A DNA stretch of 64,000 nucleotides from Mobula birostris. Its lineage: Eukaryota. The stretch is from assembly GCF_030028105.1 (NCBI RefSeq), contig NC_092370.1:222810005-222874004 (forward strand), read 5' to 3'. The position numbers and the translations under genes are program-made. The notes under the pieces are model-generated. The model had not been told where the DNA came from. It saw only the letters and a program-made list of their open reading frames with translations, and ran no database searches. Within the stretch, counting starts at the first letter, position 1; the number at the start of each line of letters is the position of its first letter. Below are positions 49,719-63,175 of this stretch, piece after piece.

Positions 49719-50499
49719 GTGAGATCCCCGGAAGGGAGAGGGAGGATGGGGTATCCGGGTGTCTCCCCTCTCAGCAGTGTCCAGTAACCGTCTCCACCTG
49801 GGGACACCGACCGACTCCAGATCCTTTTTCACGATCGCTGTCCTAAAACCAACACTAATCCGGAAACAGTCATTCAACCCTAACTCTAAAACGAACCTTA
49901 ACCATTTACACGATATAGCCTTAAAATCAACCCCAAGTAATCCTTAACCACTAGCCTACAGTAATCATAAATGTAATTACTAATTATAAAGTTTTGCCCA
50001 AAACAACCCTCAACCCCTCAACTTTTATTGGTTGTAGAATTAGAAACGGTTTTATTAAAATTTTACATATGCCGTCAAATTTGCTGTTTTGTGGCAGCCA
50101 TATGGAACAATATATGCAATTATAAATTAGAATAAGAAATATTAAAAGTAAATGAGTAGTGCAAAAAGTGAACAAAGTAGTGTGATGGTGATCATGGACC
50201 ATCCAGAATTATGATGGTGGAGGGGAAGAAGGTTTTCCTAATTGGTATATTATTCTCACAAGTACCAAACAGCTTTTGCTTGCACACCTTCCAGGCAGAT
50301 CATTCCATGCTTAAGTACTGTATATCGAGTTAATAAAAACAAAAGAGAGTAACAGTGCAGAATAGAGTGCTGGAGTTACAGGGAAAGTGCAGTGCAGGCA
50401 GACAATAAGGTGCAAGAGTAATTCAAACATTGACCAGTGACCAGTCTGCATTTGCCATTAACAAGAGCAAATTAAAGGCCATCGTTTGAGTGGGCAGAA

Positions 50500-53400
50500 T
50501 CAGAATGATGATTCGGAGGCTTTAGCTCTTCAAGGCTTCAGTTAGAGAAAGCAAAAGAAAAGAAAAGCTCACATTTTTCCCTTCCCTTCTCTATATCTCT
50601 GCAGTTAGGATAGTAGAGATGCCAGGCAGGATAGTGGAACGCTCCTCTTGCTGGATGTGGGAAGGCAGGGAGACCTCCCAGTGTCCCTGACAACTACAAG
50701 TGCCAGAAGTGCATCCAGCTGCAGCATCTAACAGTCCGCGTTAAGGAGCTGGAACTGGATGAGCTCTGGATCATTCAAGAGGCTGAGGGTGTGTAGGTAG
50801 GACATATAGAGAGGTAGTTACGCCCAAGGTGCAGGATACAGGAAACTGGGTGAATGATAGGAAGGGGAAAGGGGTTAAGGAGCCAGTGCAGAGTACTCTT
50901 TTGGCCTTACACCTGTTGTTGAGGGGAATCACCTTGCTACTGTTGGGGAAGCGGGTGTGGGTTGAGCTAACAGAGGAAAGTCACAGTGGTCAGGTCTCTG
51001 GCACTGATTCTGCCTCTGTGACTTAGAAAGGAGGGGGGAGAAGAGGCACACTATGGTGATAGGAGATTTGTTAATTAGGAGAATGGACAGGAGGTTTTGT
51101 GGGCGAGAACAAGATGTCTCCTCCCGGATGCCAGGGTCTGGGATATCTTGGATCGAGTCTTCAGCATTCTTAAGTGGGAGGGTGAACAGCCAGAGGTCAT
51201 GGTCCAATGACATGGGAGGGTGAGTGACGAGGTTCTGCATAGGGAGTTAGGTGCTAAGTTAAAGGGCAGGACCTCCGTGGTTGTGATCTCAGGTTTGCTA
51301 CCCATGCCACTTGCTAGTAAGGCCAGAACTAGGAAGGTTATACAGTTTAATACGTGGTGAAGGAGTTGGTGTAGGAGGGAGAGCATAAGATTTATGGATC
51401 ATTGGGCTCTCTTCCAGGGAAGGTGGGACCTGTACAGAAGGGACAGTTTACAACTGAACTGGAAGGGGCCTCGTATCCTAGCAGGAAGGTTTGTTAATGC
51501 TGCACAGTGGGGTTTAAACTAGAGTTGCAGGGGATGGGAACCAGAGTGTCAGAATAGTTCGCGGAGAGGTTGTGAAGGCAGATGTTGGCAGGACCTCAGA
51601 CAGAGTTAGGAATCAAAAGGCTGAACATGGTGTGCATAGTGTCCTGAGCAGCGTTTATTTCAATGTAAGAAGTATCGTAGGAAAGGTGGATAATAGTGCT
51701 GAAGATGAGGTTGCTGGTTTACAAAAAGAGGCAATGTGTAGTGGGGAGAGGCTGTTGATAGGGCAAGATTGCAGTCAACAGGATGAAATGCAATGTAAAA
51801 GGTGAACAAAATTGAAAAGGGTGAATACAGGATTGAAGATGTTCTATTTGAATGTGTACAGTATATGGAATAAGGTAGATGAACGTAGCACAGTTACAGA
51901 TTGGCAGGTATGATGTTGTAGGCATCACTGAATCATGGCTGAAAGAACATTATAGCTGTGAGCTTAATGTCCAAGGATACACATTGCATCGAAAGGTCAG
52001 GCAGGAAGGCAGAGGGGGTGGCATTGCTGAGTTGGTAAAAAAAAAATCAAATCATTAGAAAGTGGTGACATAGGGCCAGAAGGCACTGTATCATTGTGGA
52101 TAGAGCTAAGGAACTGCAAGGGTTAAAAAGATGGGATTGTATACAGACCCCCAAACAGTAGTAAGGGTGTGGTCTACAAATTATAACAGGAGACAGAAAA
52201 TGCATTGCCAAAAAGGCAATGTTACAATAGTCGTGGGAGACTTCATATTGAAGGTGGATTGGGAAAATCAGGTTGGTGCTGAATTCCAAGAGGGGAAATT
52301 TCTAGAGTGCCTATGAGATGGCATTTTAGAGCAGCTCGTGGTTGAGCCTCCTAGGGGATCAGCTATTCTAGATCGGGTGTTGTGCAATGAACCAGAACTG
52401 ATTAGGGAATTCAAAGTAAAAGAACCCTTAGGGGAAAGTGATCATAATATGGTTGAATTCAGCCAGAAATTTGAAAAGAAGCTATGGAGTAAAGGGGAAA
52501 ACAGAGAGAGGAGTTGGCCAGAACTGATTGGAAAAGAACACTGGCAGAGATGACGGCAGAGCAGCAATGTCTGGAATTTCTGGAAGCAATTTGGAAGACA
52601 CAGGATATATACATTCCAAACAGGAAGAAGTATTCTAAAGGCTAGATGACACAACTATGACTAACAAAAGAAGTCAAGGCCAACATAAAAGCCAAAGAGA
52701 AAGCATATATACTTATATAGATAGATAGATAGAGAGAGAGAGAAAGTGTGCAGAAATTAATGGAAAGTTAGAGGGTTAGGAAGCTTTTAAAAACTAACAG
52801 AAGGCAACTAAAAAGTCATTAAGAAGGTAAAGATGGAATACAAAGATGGAATATTGGCAAGCTAGCCAATAAAATTAAAGAGGATACCAAAAGTTTATTC
52901 AGATACATAAAGTATAAAAAAGAGGTGAGAGTGGATATTGGACCACTGGAAAACTAAGCTGGAGGTGTAGTAATGGGGACAATGAAATGGCAGATGAACT
53001 GAATAAGTATTTTGCATCAGTCTTCACTGTGAAAGACACTAGCAGTATGCTGGAATTTCCAGGTGTCAAGGGTCATAAAGTGTGTGAAGTTACCATAACT
53101 AGAGAGAAGGTTCTTGGGAAACTGAAAGGTCTGAAGGTAGATAAGTCACCTGGACCAGATGGTCTACACCCCAGGGTTCTGAAAGTGGTAGCTGAAGAGA
53201 TTGTGGAGGCATTAGCAATGATCTTTCAAAAATCACTAGATTCTGGAATGGTTCTGGAAGACTGGAAAATTGCAAATGTTACTCCACTCTTCAAGAAGGG
53301 AGAGAGGCAGAGGAAGGAAAACTATAGGCTAGTTACTCAGACCTCAGTGGTTGGGAAGATGTTGGAGTCGATTGTAAAGGATGAAGTCTCAGGATACCTG

Positions 53401-54790
53401 GAGACACATGATAAAATAGGCTGTAGGCAGCATGGTTTTCTTAAAGGAAAATCTTGCCGACAAATCTGTTGGAATTCTTTTGAAGAAATAACAAGCAGGA
53501 TAGACAAAGGAGAATAGGTTGATGTTGTGTACTTGGATTTTCAGAAGACCTTTGATAAGGTGCCACACATGAGGCTGCTTAACAAGCTACAAGTCCATGG
53601 TATTACAGGAAAGATTCTAGCTGGATAACGCAGTGGCTGATTGGCAAGAGACAAAGACTGGGAATAAATTGAGCCTTTTCTGCTTGGCTGCCAGTGACTA
53701 GTGGTGTTCCACAGGGGTCTATGTTGGGACTGATTCTTTTCATGTTATAGGTCAATGATCTGGGTGATGGAATTGGTGGTTTTGTTGCACAGTTTGCAGA
53801 CAATGAGAAGATAGGTGGAGGTATTTTTGAGGAAGTAGAGAGGCTTAAATAATTGCAAGTATGGAGGAAGAACTACAAAACTGAATTGATATAATTGTTG
53901 AAGAAAGTGCAAAAATGGGTCTATCTATCAATTGCAAAAAGACAGAATATATGGTGATATCCAAAAAGAAGGAGAATCCTATCTGCAGGCTGACAATAAA
54001 CAGGGAAGACAGAAAACAAGTGCAGAACTTTTGCTACTTTGGAAGCTGGGTGATATCAGATGGCAGGTGCAACTTGGACATGAAAAGAAGAATAGGGATG
54101 GCAAAAGACACGTTTATGGGAATGAAGAGTATACTGACCAAAACTAAACTAGGCATGACAACCCGCCTCAGAGTACTGAAATGTTACTTTTATCCAGTTA
54201 TGTTGTATGGCTCAGAATGTTGGACAATATCTAGTAACATGAGGAAACAAATTGTAGCAGCAGAGATGTGGTTTTTGAGGAGGATGCAAAGAATATCATG
54301 GACAAAACGAATATGTTACGAGGATATCATGAACAAAGCAAATGCAAAAAGAGAATGTATGAGATCATGAAAAGGCAACATAACTTCATTGGACATGTGA
54401 TTAGGAAAGAGGAGTTAGAATGCATGGTAATTATAGGAAAGATTGAAGGGAAGAAAGCAAGAAGAAGACAAAGACAAATGATGATGGAAACAGCAGCCAG
54501 AGAACTGGAAATGGATACCAATGAATTGATCCACTTGACCCAAAACAGGAGTGTGTGGGCCATGGCAGTCAAAGCTCAAACTGGGCATAGCATCTGTTGA
54601 TGATGATGAGAGAGGCTACAGAAGGATTTAGACAGATTAGGAGAATGGACAAAGAAATGGCAGATAAAATACAGTGTCAGGAATTGTACGGTCATGCACT
54701 GTGGAGAAGAACTTGAAAGGGAGGAATTTCTTTAGCCTGAGAGTGGTGAATCTGTGGAATTTCTTGCCACAGGCAACTGTGCAGGCCAGG
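50500..54790 (+). mobile_element. Near full-length decayed CR1 (ORF1 + ORF2) interrupted by an RTE
   Basis: ORF1 zinc-finger and esterase remnants (VIGDL, LKWEGEQPEV); endonuclease VGITESWL, EPLGESDHN; RT KSPGPDGLHPRVLK; resumes after 54617. Confidence 0.85.
53846..54608 (+). mobile_element. RTE-clade LINE 3' fragment
   Basis: MGLSINCKKTEYMV...RRIGMAK..F...LYGSECW...EMWFLRRM.RISW...FIGHVIRK...GKIEGK; (TGA)n tail; 9-bp TSD AGAGAGGCT at 53837-53845 and 54609-54617. Confidence 0.88.
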
Positions 54791-55329
54791 TCGTTCCCTT
54801 GAGCAGAAGATACAAAACCTTGAAAATATGCATTGCCAGGTTCAAGGACAGCTCTTATCCTGCTGTTGTATGTTTTGTACAATAAATTTATTCTGCTATG
54901 AGACTGTATTCTGTTACTGTATTACTTTTTCTCTGTGCTACCTTGATGCACTGATGTGATGAAATGATCTGTATGAATGGTATGCAAATTTCATTGTAAC
55001 TCAGTACAAGTGACAAGAACAAACCTAGTACTGTACCACTCCATATATGGATTTCATAATGTATTGGGCATGTTGCTTTGGTATAAGTGAAAGCATGGGA
55101 ATGGAATTGCAGCACGAAGGAGATGGGAGAACCATTCACATCATGATGGAAGGGCAGAAGAGACTCTGGGCTGAATGGCCTAATTCTGCTCCTGTGTCTT
55201 AAATGATCTGTCTGTCAGAATGAGTTAGGGGGTATTTTTGAATGTTCTGTGATTGAATAAGCCATTCAATAATGAATCTCACACTCTGATATATCCTGGA
55301 TTTATTTCTGGAATTCTATTGCTCTGCAG

Positions 55330-55394
55330 CTGTTTGCAGCTCTTCCCGCCCAGTGGATCTGGAAGGAGGGCACAAACAGGCTCGAGCTGGTCAG
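55330..55394 (+). CDS. PPP1R36: PPP1R36-like coding exon 2 (LFAALPAQWIWKEGTNRLELV)
   Basis: ctctgcag|...AG|GTACGT; WIWKEGTNRLE matches recalled human WYWKDETRTLE; phase 0 to 2. Confidence 0.8.
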
Positions 55395-56099
55395 GTACGT
55401 GAGTTAACCCTTTCAGATTCAGATTTACATTCACATTCATTTATCATGTGTACATTAAAACTTACAGTGAAATGTGTCATTGTGTTTACAACTAATACTG
55501 GGAGCAGCCCACAAGTGTCACCACACATTCAGGTGCCAACATAGAATGCCCACAATGTTTGACACAAGAGAGTAGAACACACAATACAGGCACTTCGGTC
55601 CACAATGTTGTACCAACCTATTAACCTATTCCAAGATCAACCTAACTCATCCCTCTTTCATAACCCTCCATTTTTCTATCATTCTTGTGCATATTTAGGA
55701 GTTTCTTAAATGCCCCAATGTATCCGTATTAACATAGAACACAGCAACAAAACCAAACACAACAAGGAACAAAATAACAACAGCAAAACAAGCCTCTTTC
55801 CTCCCTCCCACACACATCGACACATACAGACAGACCTGCAATCCCCAGTCTCCAGACTTCAGACATGGGGCATCGACCTCCAGACTTCCAATCGACCCTG
55901 GACTAGCGGACAATGGGTCCCCAGATTCCAGATTTTTCATCGCTAGACCTCCACCTCTCAGCCAGTGTTTTGGGGAACATTGAGCAGAACTGAAACAGGC
56001 CCACAAAATTTTTATATATATGCACTTGTAGGTTGTGTCCTGAAGTATTGTACGAGGAGTTCTGGAGGATGATCCTAGGAATAAAAGAGTTAACATATG

Positions 56100-56650
56100 A
56101 CATACAAAATATTGAAGGAACTCAACAGGTCAGGCGGCATCTATGGAAAGGAGTAAATAGTCAAAGTTTCAGGCCAAAACCCTTCATCATGACTGAAAAG
56201 GAAGAGGGAGAAGAAATCAGATTAAGAAGGTGGTGGGGAGAGGGAGGATTACAAGATGACAGGTGATAGGTGAGAACAGGCGAGGGGGGTTGGTGGGTTG
56301 AGGAGGGGTGATTATGTAAGAAGCTGGGAGGTGATAGGTGGGAGCAGTAAAGAGCTAAAGAAGGAATCTGATAGGAGAGGGGAATGGAACATGGGAAAAA
56401 GGAGGCGGGAACCAGTGGAAGGTATTATCAAGTGAGAAGAAGAGGAGTGAGAAGGGAGCCATAATGGGGAATTGGAAAAAGAGAAAGGGGCAGCAGAGAA
56501 TTTACCTGAAGTTAGAAAAATTGATGTCATCTTCATGTCATCAGGTTGGAGGCTACACAGGTGGAGTGTAAAGTGCTGCTCCATCAGTCAGAGTGGCCTC
56601 ATCATGGCAATAGAGGAAGCCATGGACTGAGCTGTCACAATGGGAATGAA
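56100..56650 (-). mobile_element. Penelope-like 3' fragment
   Basis: MEQHFTLHLCSLQPDD motif, purine-rich tail, decayed hammerhead near 56160. Confidence 0.65.
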
Positions 56651-58658
56651 CTCTTTGCCTCACAATCTACCTTGTTATGATCTTGCACTTGATCATTTAC
56701 CTGAAATGGTCATTTTTGGTAGCCGTTATGCCTTAATCTACTTTGTTATTGTTTTAACTTTTTCTACCTCAATGCACTGAATAATTGCCCCACTTGACCC
56801 CATTCTCTTTCCTTCTCCCTATAACCTTTGACACCTTTGCTAATTAATAACCTTTTAACCTCCACTTTCAAATGTACCCAGTAACTTGGCCTTCGCAGCT
56901 GTCTGTGGCAATGAATTCCACAGATTCACCACCCTGTGGCTAAAAAAATTCCTCCTTATCTCTGTTCTAATGTCTTTGTTTTCTGAGGCAGTGCCTGTGG
57001 TTCTTGACTCTCCCACTATTGGAAACATCCTCTCCAGACCTTGCACCTTATTGTTTCCCTTCACTGCACTTTCTCTGTAACTGTTATACTTTACTCTGCA
57101 CTCTGTTATTGTTTCATCTTGTTCTACCTCAATGCACTGTGTAATGATCTGAGTTGTGTGGAGTGTGTGATACAAGCTTTTCACTGTACCTTGGTACATG
57201 TGACAGTAAAAATAAACCAAGCTAATAGATGCTATGAGGTATCTTGTTGTTAGGAGGATGTTAAAGCATTAGAAGCAGTTTAGAGAGATTTTATACCTCA
57301 CATGGGCAACACGGTGCCAAGCTGCTTCCTCACAGTTGCGGCTTCAAACCTAACCTCGGGAGCTGTCTGTTTGCACGTTCTCCCTGTGACTGTGTGGGTT
57401 TCCTCCCACAGCCCAAAGAAGTGAGGATCGGCTAATATAAATTGCCCCCAGTGTCGAGGTGGGTGGTAAAATCTGACCGGTGTTGATGGAAATGTGGGGA
57501 GAATAAAATGTGTTCATGTAAAAGGAGTAGGACTGGGTGAGCTGAAGGATCTGTTTCCGTGCTGTATCTCTCTATGTGACTCTGTAATAAATATACATTG
57601 TCAAAGTCGAGCTCGTTTTCATATACCCAAGTTCATTTGTGCACAGGTGCAATGAAAATCTTACTGGCAGCAGCACCACAGGCACAGAGCATCAGATAAG
57701 GAACATTCACAAGAAAAACATAAACATAAATTATGTGAATTTTAGAAGGAATACAATTAGGATTTTAAAAACACAGTCCATTTTAGTTCAATGTGGTCAA
57801 GGTGGTCATGGCATTGCTAAGCTATAGTGGTTAGGGTAGTGCTGGTTGGTTCAAGAGACAAATGGTTGAACCGAATGGTTGTTCTGAACCTGGTGCTGTG
57901 GGACTTAAGGCTTCTGTACCTCCTGCCCAATGGTAGCAGTGAAAAGATGGCATGGCCTGGGTGGTGGGATTCTTTGATGATGGATGTTCAAAGTTCAAGG
58001 TAGGTTTGTTATCAAAGTACATACATGTCACCATATACAACCTTGAGATCCATTTTCTTGCTGGCATTCACAGAAAATCCGCGGAACACAATAGAATCAA
58101 TGAAAGACCACATCCAACAGGAAGGGCAAACGACCAATGTTTAAGATACGTAAACCGTACAAAAAGTCACACAAAAGAAAGAAAAATCAACAAGCCATGT
58201 GGAGAACGTAAGATGAAGAGTCTTTGGAAGTAACTCAATAGGTTGTAGGAACAGTTCGGGAAAGAGGCAAGTGAAGTTATCCCCACTGGTTCAAGAGCTT
58301 AACTGTTGAGAGGTAATAACTGTTTCTGAACCTAGTAGTGTGGGTCCTGAGACTTCTGTACCTTCTTCCTGATGGCAGCAGTAAGAAGGGAGCATTGCCC
58401 ATGTGGTCCTTCTTGAGCAGTGCGTCCTGTAGATACTACCAATGGTGGGGAGGGATGTACTGGGCTGAATCCACGACTCTCTGCAGCTTCTTACATGCCG
58501 GTGAGTTTCTGTATTATTGTACAGCTTTATGAAGTTTGGGCCGATTTGTCAGGGTGATAACACTATACACATCACACCGTAAAAGTTGGAACTCCAGTCT
58601 CTAGGCATCTCCCACCTCGCCCTTTCACTCTTAACACTTCTTCTGATTTTCCCTTCAG

Positions 58659-58745
58659 CTTGCATTCGACAGCAGAAAGCAAAGGAAAGAAGTCACTTGC
58701 CAGAGTTCGAGCCATCCTGGACCCGGTGAACGAAGCTCTGGAAAA
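58659..58745 (+). CDS. PPP1R36: PPP1R36-like coding exon 3 (SLHSTAESKGKKSLARVRAILDPVNEALE)
   Basis: ttttcccttcag|...AA|GTGAGT; 87 nt, phase 2 to 2, open frame; AESKGKK resembles human AEVKEKGKK. Confidence 0.7.
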
Positions 58746-60029
58746 GTGAGTGAGATCAAGGAAATTGCAGAGCAAAGCCTCGGCAAAATTCTGCTGATCC
58801 ACTGCCCATCTGTGTCTGCCCACTGTCCTGCCGGTACCAACCACTCCAAGTTAACGATAACGATTACCTTTATTTCTCACATGTACGTTGAAACATACAG
58901 TGAAATTTGTTGCTTGCATCAACGGTCAACACAGTTGAAGAATGTGCTGGGGCAGCCCGCAAATGGCGCTAGACTTCTAGCACTAAAATAACATGTCTAC
59001 AATTTACTCACCCTTACTATCCCATATGTCAGTAAAATGTGTGAGGAAACCAGAGTACAGTACCTGGAGGAAGCCCGCGGAGTCACGAGGAGAATGCATG
59101 AACACCTTACAGACAATGGTGGGAATTGAACCCAAATCACTGGTGCTGTAATAGCATTATGATAGAATTGAAATCAGATTTAATATCACTGGCATATGTC
59201 ATGAAATTTGTTTACTTTACGGCAGCAGTACAATGAAATATATGATAAATAAATATTGAGGTAAAAAACTGAGTTACATTTGTCGCTCTGTCACCGTGCC
59301 ACCCCGAGTTAACATCAGGCGTAGCTCTGAACATCAGACAAAAAGCTGGAGTGACTCAGTGGGTCAGGCAGCACCTGTGGAGGGACAGGAGCAGTTGATG
59401 TTTTGGGTCGAGACCCTTCATCTGGACTGCGTTATTGAGGAGGAAAGCCTCTTTAAAGTGGGTGTACATCGCAATGGAACGAAGAGGTGGAGGCACAAGA
59501 TACCAGAACCTGTGGCAACACATTGCCAGTCAGGCAGCAAGAAGGGTTTAGGACAGAAACATCAACTCCCCATTTCCCTCCATAGATGCTGCCTGACTTG
59601 CCGATTGTCCTCCAGCGTTTTGTGTGTGTTGCTTTGGATTTCCAGCATCTGTAGCATCTCTTGTGCCTGCAGTCGGCTCTGAACACACTTCATCAAAAGT
59701 GTGATCCCATAACACTCTGACAGAAGAAAGTTCTTCCTACCTCTCAGTCCCTGTCCATGAGACTCTGCCTGCCAGCCTTGAGATTTCCCCCTCTCCACCC
59801 CTTTCCCACCCCTACCTTCTGCCCATCTCCCCACTGCCTCACCTAGTTCCTGTCATCACACATTGGAACAAAGGCCATCAGGAGGTGTCAGCTCTTAGTT
59901 CAAGCAAGACAAACTCTGCACTGTTGGAGGACACAGCCCTTCAGATGAGGCTACAGAGAGGAGTTGTTTCTCCTGTCTGTGAATGTGAAAGTGAGGAACA
60001 ACTGACCTGGACAGAACCTTACTCCATCT

Positions 60030-60660
60030 GCGACGACAGACAGGGTTTCCTGGTGGCCACCCATTTCAATTCTACTTCCCATTCCCATTCCAACATGTTG
60101 GTCCATGGCCTTCCCTACTCCTATGATGAAGCCACTGTGGTTGGAGGAGCAACATCTCGTATTCTGTCTGAGTAGTCTCCAAGCTAATAGCACGATCATT
60201 TATTTCTCCAACTTCTTGTAATTTCTCCCCCTCCAACTTCTCTCTGTTTTCATTCAGCATTCTTGTTCTCCTCTCACCCCTTTTCATAAACTGCCAATCA
60301 GTTCCCTCTGGTTTCTCTCCTCCTTCCCTTTCTCCAATGGTCCGCTCTTCTCTCCATTCAGATTCCTTCTTCTTCAGCCATTCAGCTCTTCCATCTATCA
60401 CCTCCCAGCTTCTCACTTCATATCCCTTTCCCCTACTCACCCATCTTCCCCTCGCCTGGTCTCACTTATCACCTGCCAGCTTGTATTCCTCCCGCCCCTC
60501 CATCTTCTTTTTCTGCCTTCTGCCCCCTTCCTTTCCGGTCCTGATGAATGTTCTTGGCCTGAAATGTCGATTGTTTACTCCTCTCCATAAACACTGCCTG
60601 ATCTGCTGAGTTCCCCCAGCATTTTGTGTAAGTTGCTCAAGGTTTACAGCATCTGCAGTA
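60030..60660 (+). mobile_element. Penelope-like 3' fragment with hammerhead motif at 60537-60572
   Basis: VATHFNSTSHSHSNMLVHGL motif; GGTC-CTGATGA-ATGTTCTTGGCCT-GAAA-TGTC-GATT. Confidence 0.7.
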
Positions 60661-60707
60661 TGTCTTGTATTTGCGATATACAGAACTGTGCTTTGTTTCA
60701 CATACAG

Positions 60708-60847
60708 ATCGAAGTATGGCATTTCCAGACGCAGTTTTTCCATAATGACCAAGTCGGGAAGTGTCGGACAGGTCCTGGCAAAGCTGTCGGAATCCCATAA
60801 ACTGGAGCTTCGCCAGAACCAATTTGTGACTCTTGAGGATGTCAAAA
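60708..60847 (+). CDS. PPP1R36: PPP1R36-like coding exon 4 (…RQNQFVTLEDVK); gene continues beyond the window
   Basis: catacag|...A|GTGAGT; 140 nt, phase 2 to 1; VTLEDVK matches recalled human ITLDDVK. Confidence 0.8.
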
Positions 60848-62669
60848 GTGAGTCATTGAGTCAGAGAGCACTACAGTATGGAAACAGGCCCTTCAGCCCA
60901 TCTTATCCATGTTGAACAACTATTCTGCCTAGTCCATTTGACCTGCACCTGAACCACTGACCTCCATACCCCTCCTATCATGTACTTACTCAAATTTCTC
61001 TCAAATGTTGAAATTGAACTGGCTTGCACCACTCCACTGGCAGCCCACTCCACACTCTGAGTGAAGAACCTCTCTCTCCGGTTCCCCTTAAATATTTCAC
61101 CTTTTGTTAGCCAGAGAGTGATGAATCTGTAGAATTCATTGCCACAGGCAGCTGCGGTGGCTAAGTCTTTATGTATGTTTGAAGTAGAGGTTAATAGATT
61201 CTTGACTGGTCAGGGTATGAAGGGATATGGGCGGGGGGAAGGCAGGAGATTGGGCTGAGAGGGAAAATGGATCAGCCATGATGAAATGGTGGAGCAGACT
61301 TGATGGTCCAAATGGCCTGATTCTGCTCCTATATCTTATGGTCTTTTACTTTTAACTTATAATCTTTAGTTCTACTCTCACCCAATGTCAACTGATAAAG
61401 CTTGCTTGCAGTTTGTATTGACCCTAACTGTATGTTATTTTGTATACCTCTATCAAATCCCCCTCATTTTCTTACACTCTAGGGAACAAAATCCTAACCT
61501 ATTCAACTCTTCCCTATAACTCAAGTCCTAAAGTTCTAGCAACATCTTTGTAAATTTTCCCTGTACTCTTTCAATCTTTTTGATATCTCCCCAGTAGGTA
61601 AATGACCACTGTTCAGAGGGAACTATTCTACCTGTCCCGGAGCCTCCCCTGAGACAGCAGAAGAGTTCCCGAGTTGTAAAATTAGATGCCTCTTTCTTTA
61701 AACTTCTGAACAACTCCAAAGGCCTCAATGTTTATTCGTCCCCCATCATGAAGTGCATGGAATGTACTGCCAGGGCTGGTGGCCGAGACAGATACATTGG
61801 GGACACTTAGATAGGCAAATTGTTGATTTGTGGGAGAGAAAGGTTTGTTTGATCTTGGAACAGGTTAAACGTGGAAGTTGTTGCAAGGCAAGGGTTAAGT
61901 GCAGATAGTGTCTAACCAACCAGGCACGAAGGGACAGAGCCATTTGGCGTACAGAGACAAGATAAAGATGTAACAGAAGGATGCAAACCACACACATTTT
62001 ACTAATGGACAATTACTTTATTAACTTCAAATATCATTGGTTGTTAACTTATAGATTCTATTGACTTTTAGTTTCTGCATTGTGAATGGCTATCGACCTT
62101 ACAAATAAAGAGTTTAAGCATACACAGTTTACCAAATGGTCATTTCTGTAACTGCTGGTTAATAACATTTTTAAAGGATATTTCTCTGTTCAAACTTCGG
62201 AACTGTGTGGTGAGAGGGGCCATTGTGTTCTTCTTGAGCACAAGTAAGTAAAGTGTAATTGCGGAATGAGTGTGAGTTTTCAGAGTTTGGTTAATCATCA
62301 ATGACATAAATGGCTGGTGCAACATAATGGGTTGAAAGGCCTCTACTGGGCTGGAGCATAATGAGCTAACGGACCTCTATGTTCTATGTTGAGAGTTTCT
62401 TGTATAAGTTACATTTTCACTCCAGTCTGCATTTTTTCATATAAATTCCTGCACGATTATACAAACCTAGATGGTTCTTTTGATCCTGCACCTTATTATC
62501 TACCTGTGTTGCACTTTTCTGTAACTATAACACTTTATTCTGCATTCTGTTATTGTTTTATCTTGTACTACATCAGTTCGCTGTTGTAATGAATTGATAA
62601 ATAGTATGCAAGACAAGTTTTTCACTGTATATATGACAATAATAAACCAGTTTATCATAGCTTTAAAAT

Positions 62670-63175
62670 AAATCAGAATCAGGTTTAATACCACTAGCAT
62701 AGGTTGTGAAATTTGTTAACTTTACGACAGCAGTACAATGCAATACATATAGAAAAAAAAACAAATGACAGTAAATATATATAAATAGTTAAATTAAATA
62801 AGTAATGCAAAAAAAAGTGAGATATTGTTCATGGGTCCAATGTCTAATCAGAAATTGGATGGCAGCGGGGAAGAAGCTATTCCTGAATCATTGAGTGGAT
62901 GCCTTCAGGCTTCTGTACCTCCTTCCTGATGGTAGCAATGAGAAGACAGCATGTCATGGGTGGTGGGGGTCCTTAATGACGGACGTCACTTTTCTGAGGC
63001 ACTGCTCCCTGAAGATGTCCTGGATACTACGGAGGCTAGTACCCATGATGGAGCTGACTAATTTTACAATTTTGTGCAGCTTATTTTGATCCTGTGCAGT
63101 AGACCCCTGCCCTCCATACTAGATGGTGATGCAGCCAGTCAGAATCCTCTTCACAGTACATCTGTAGAAATTGGT
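62670..63175 (-). mobile_element. Rex1/Babar LINE 3' fragment
   Basis: Same tail (AATCAGAATCAGGTTTAATA) and LLPSGRRYRSL C-terminus as the 4140-4680 copy. Confidence 0.75.
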
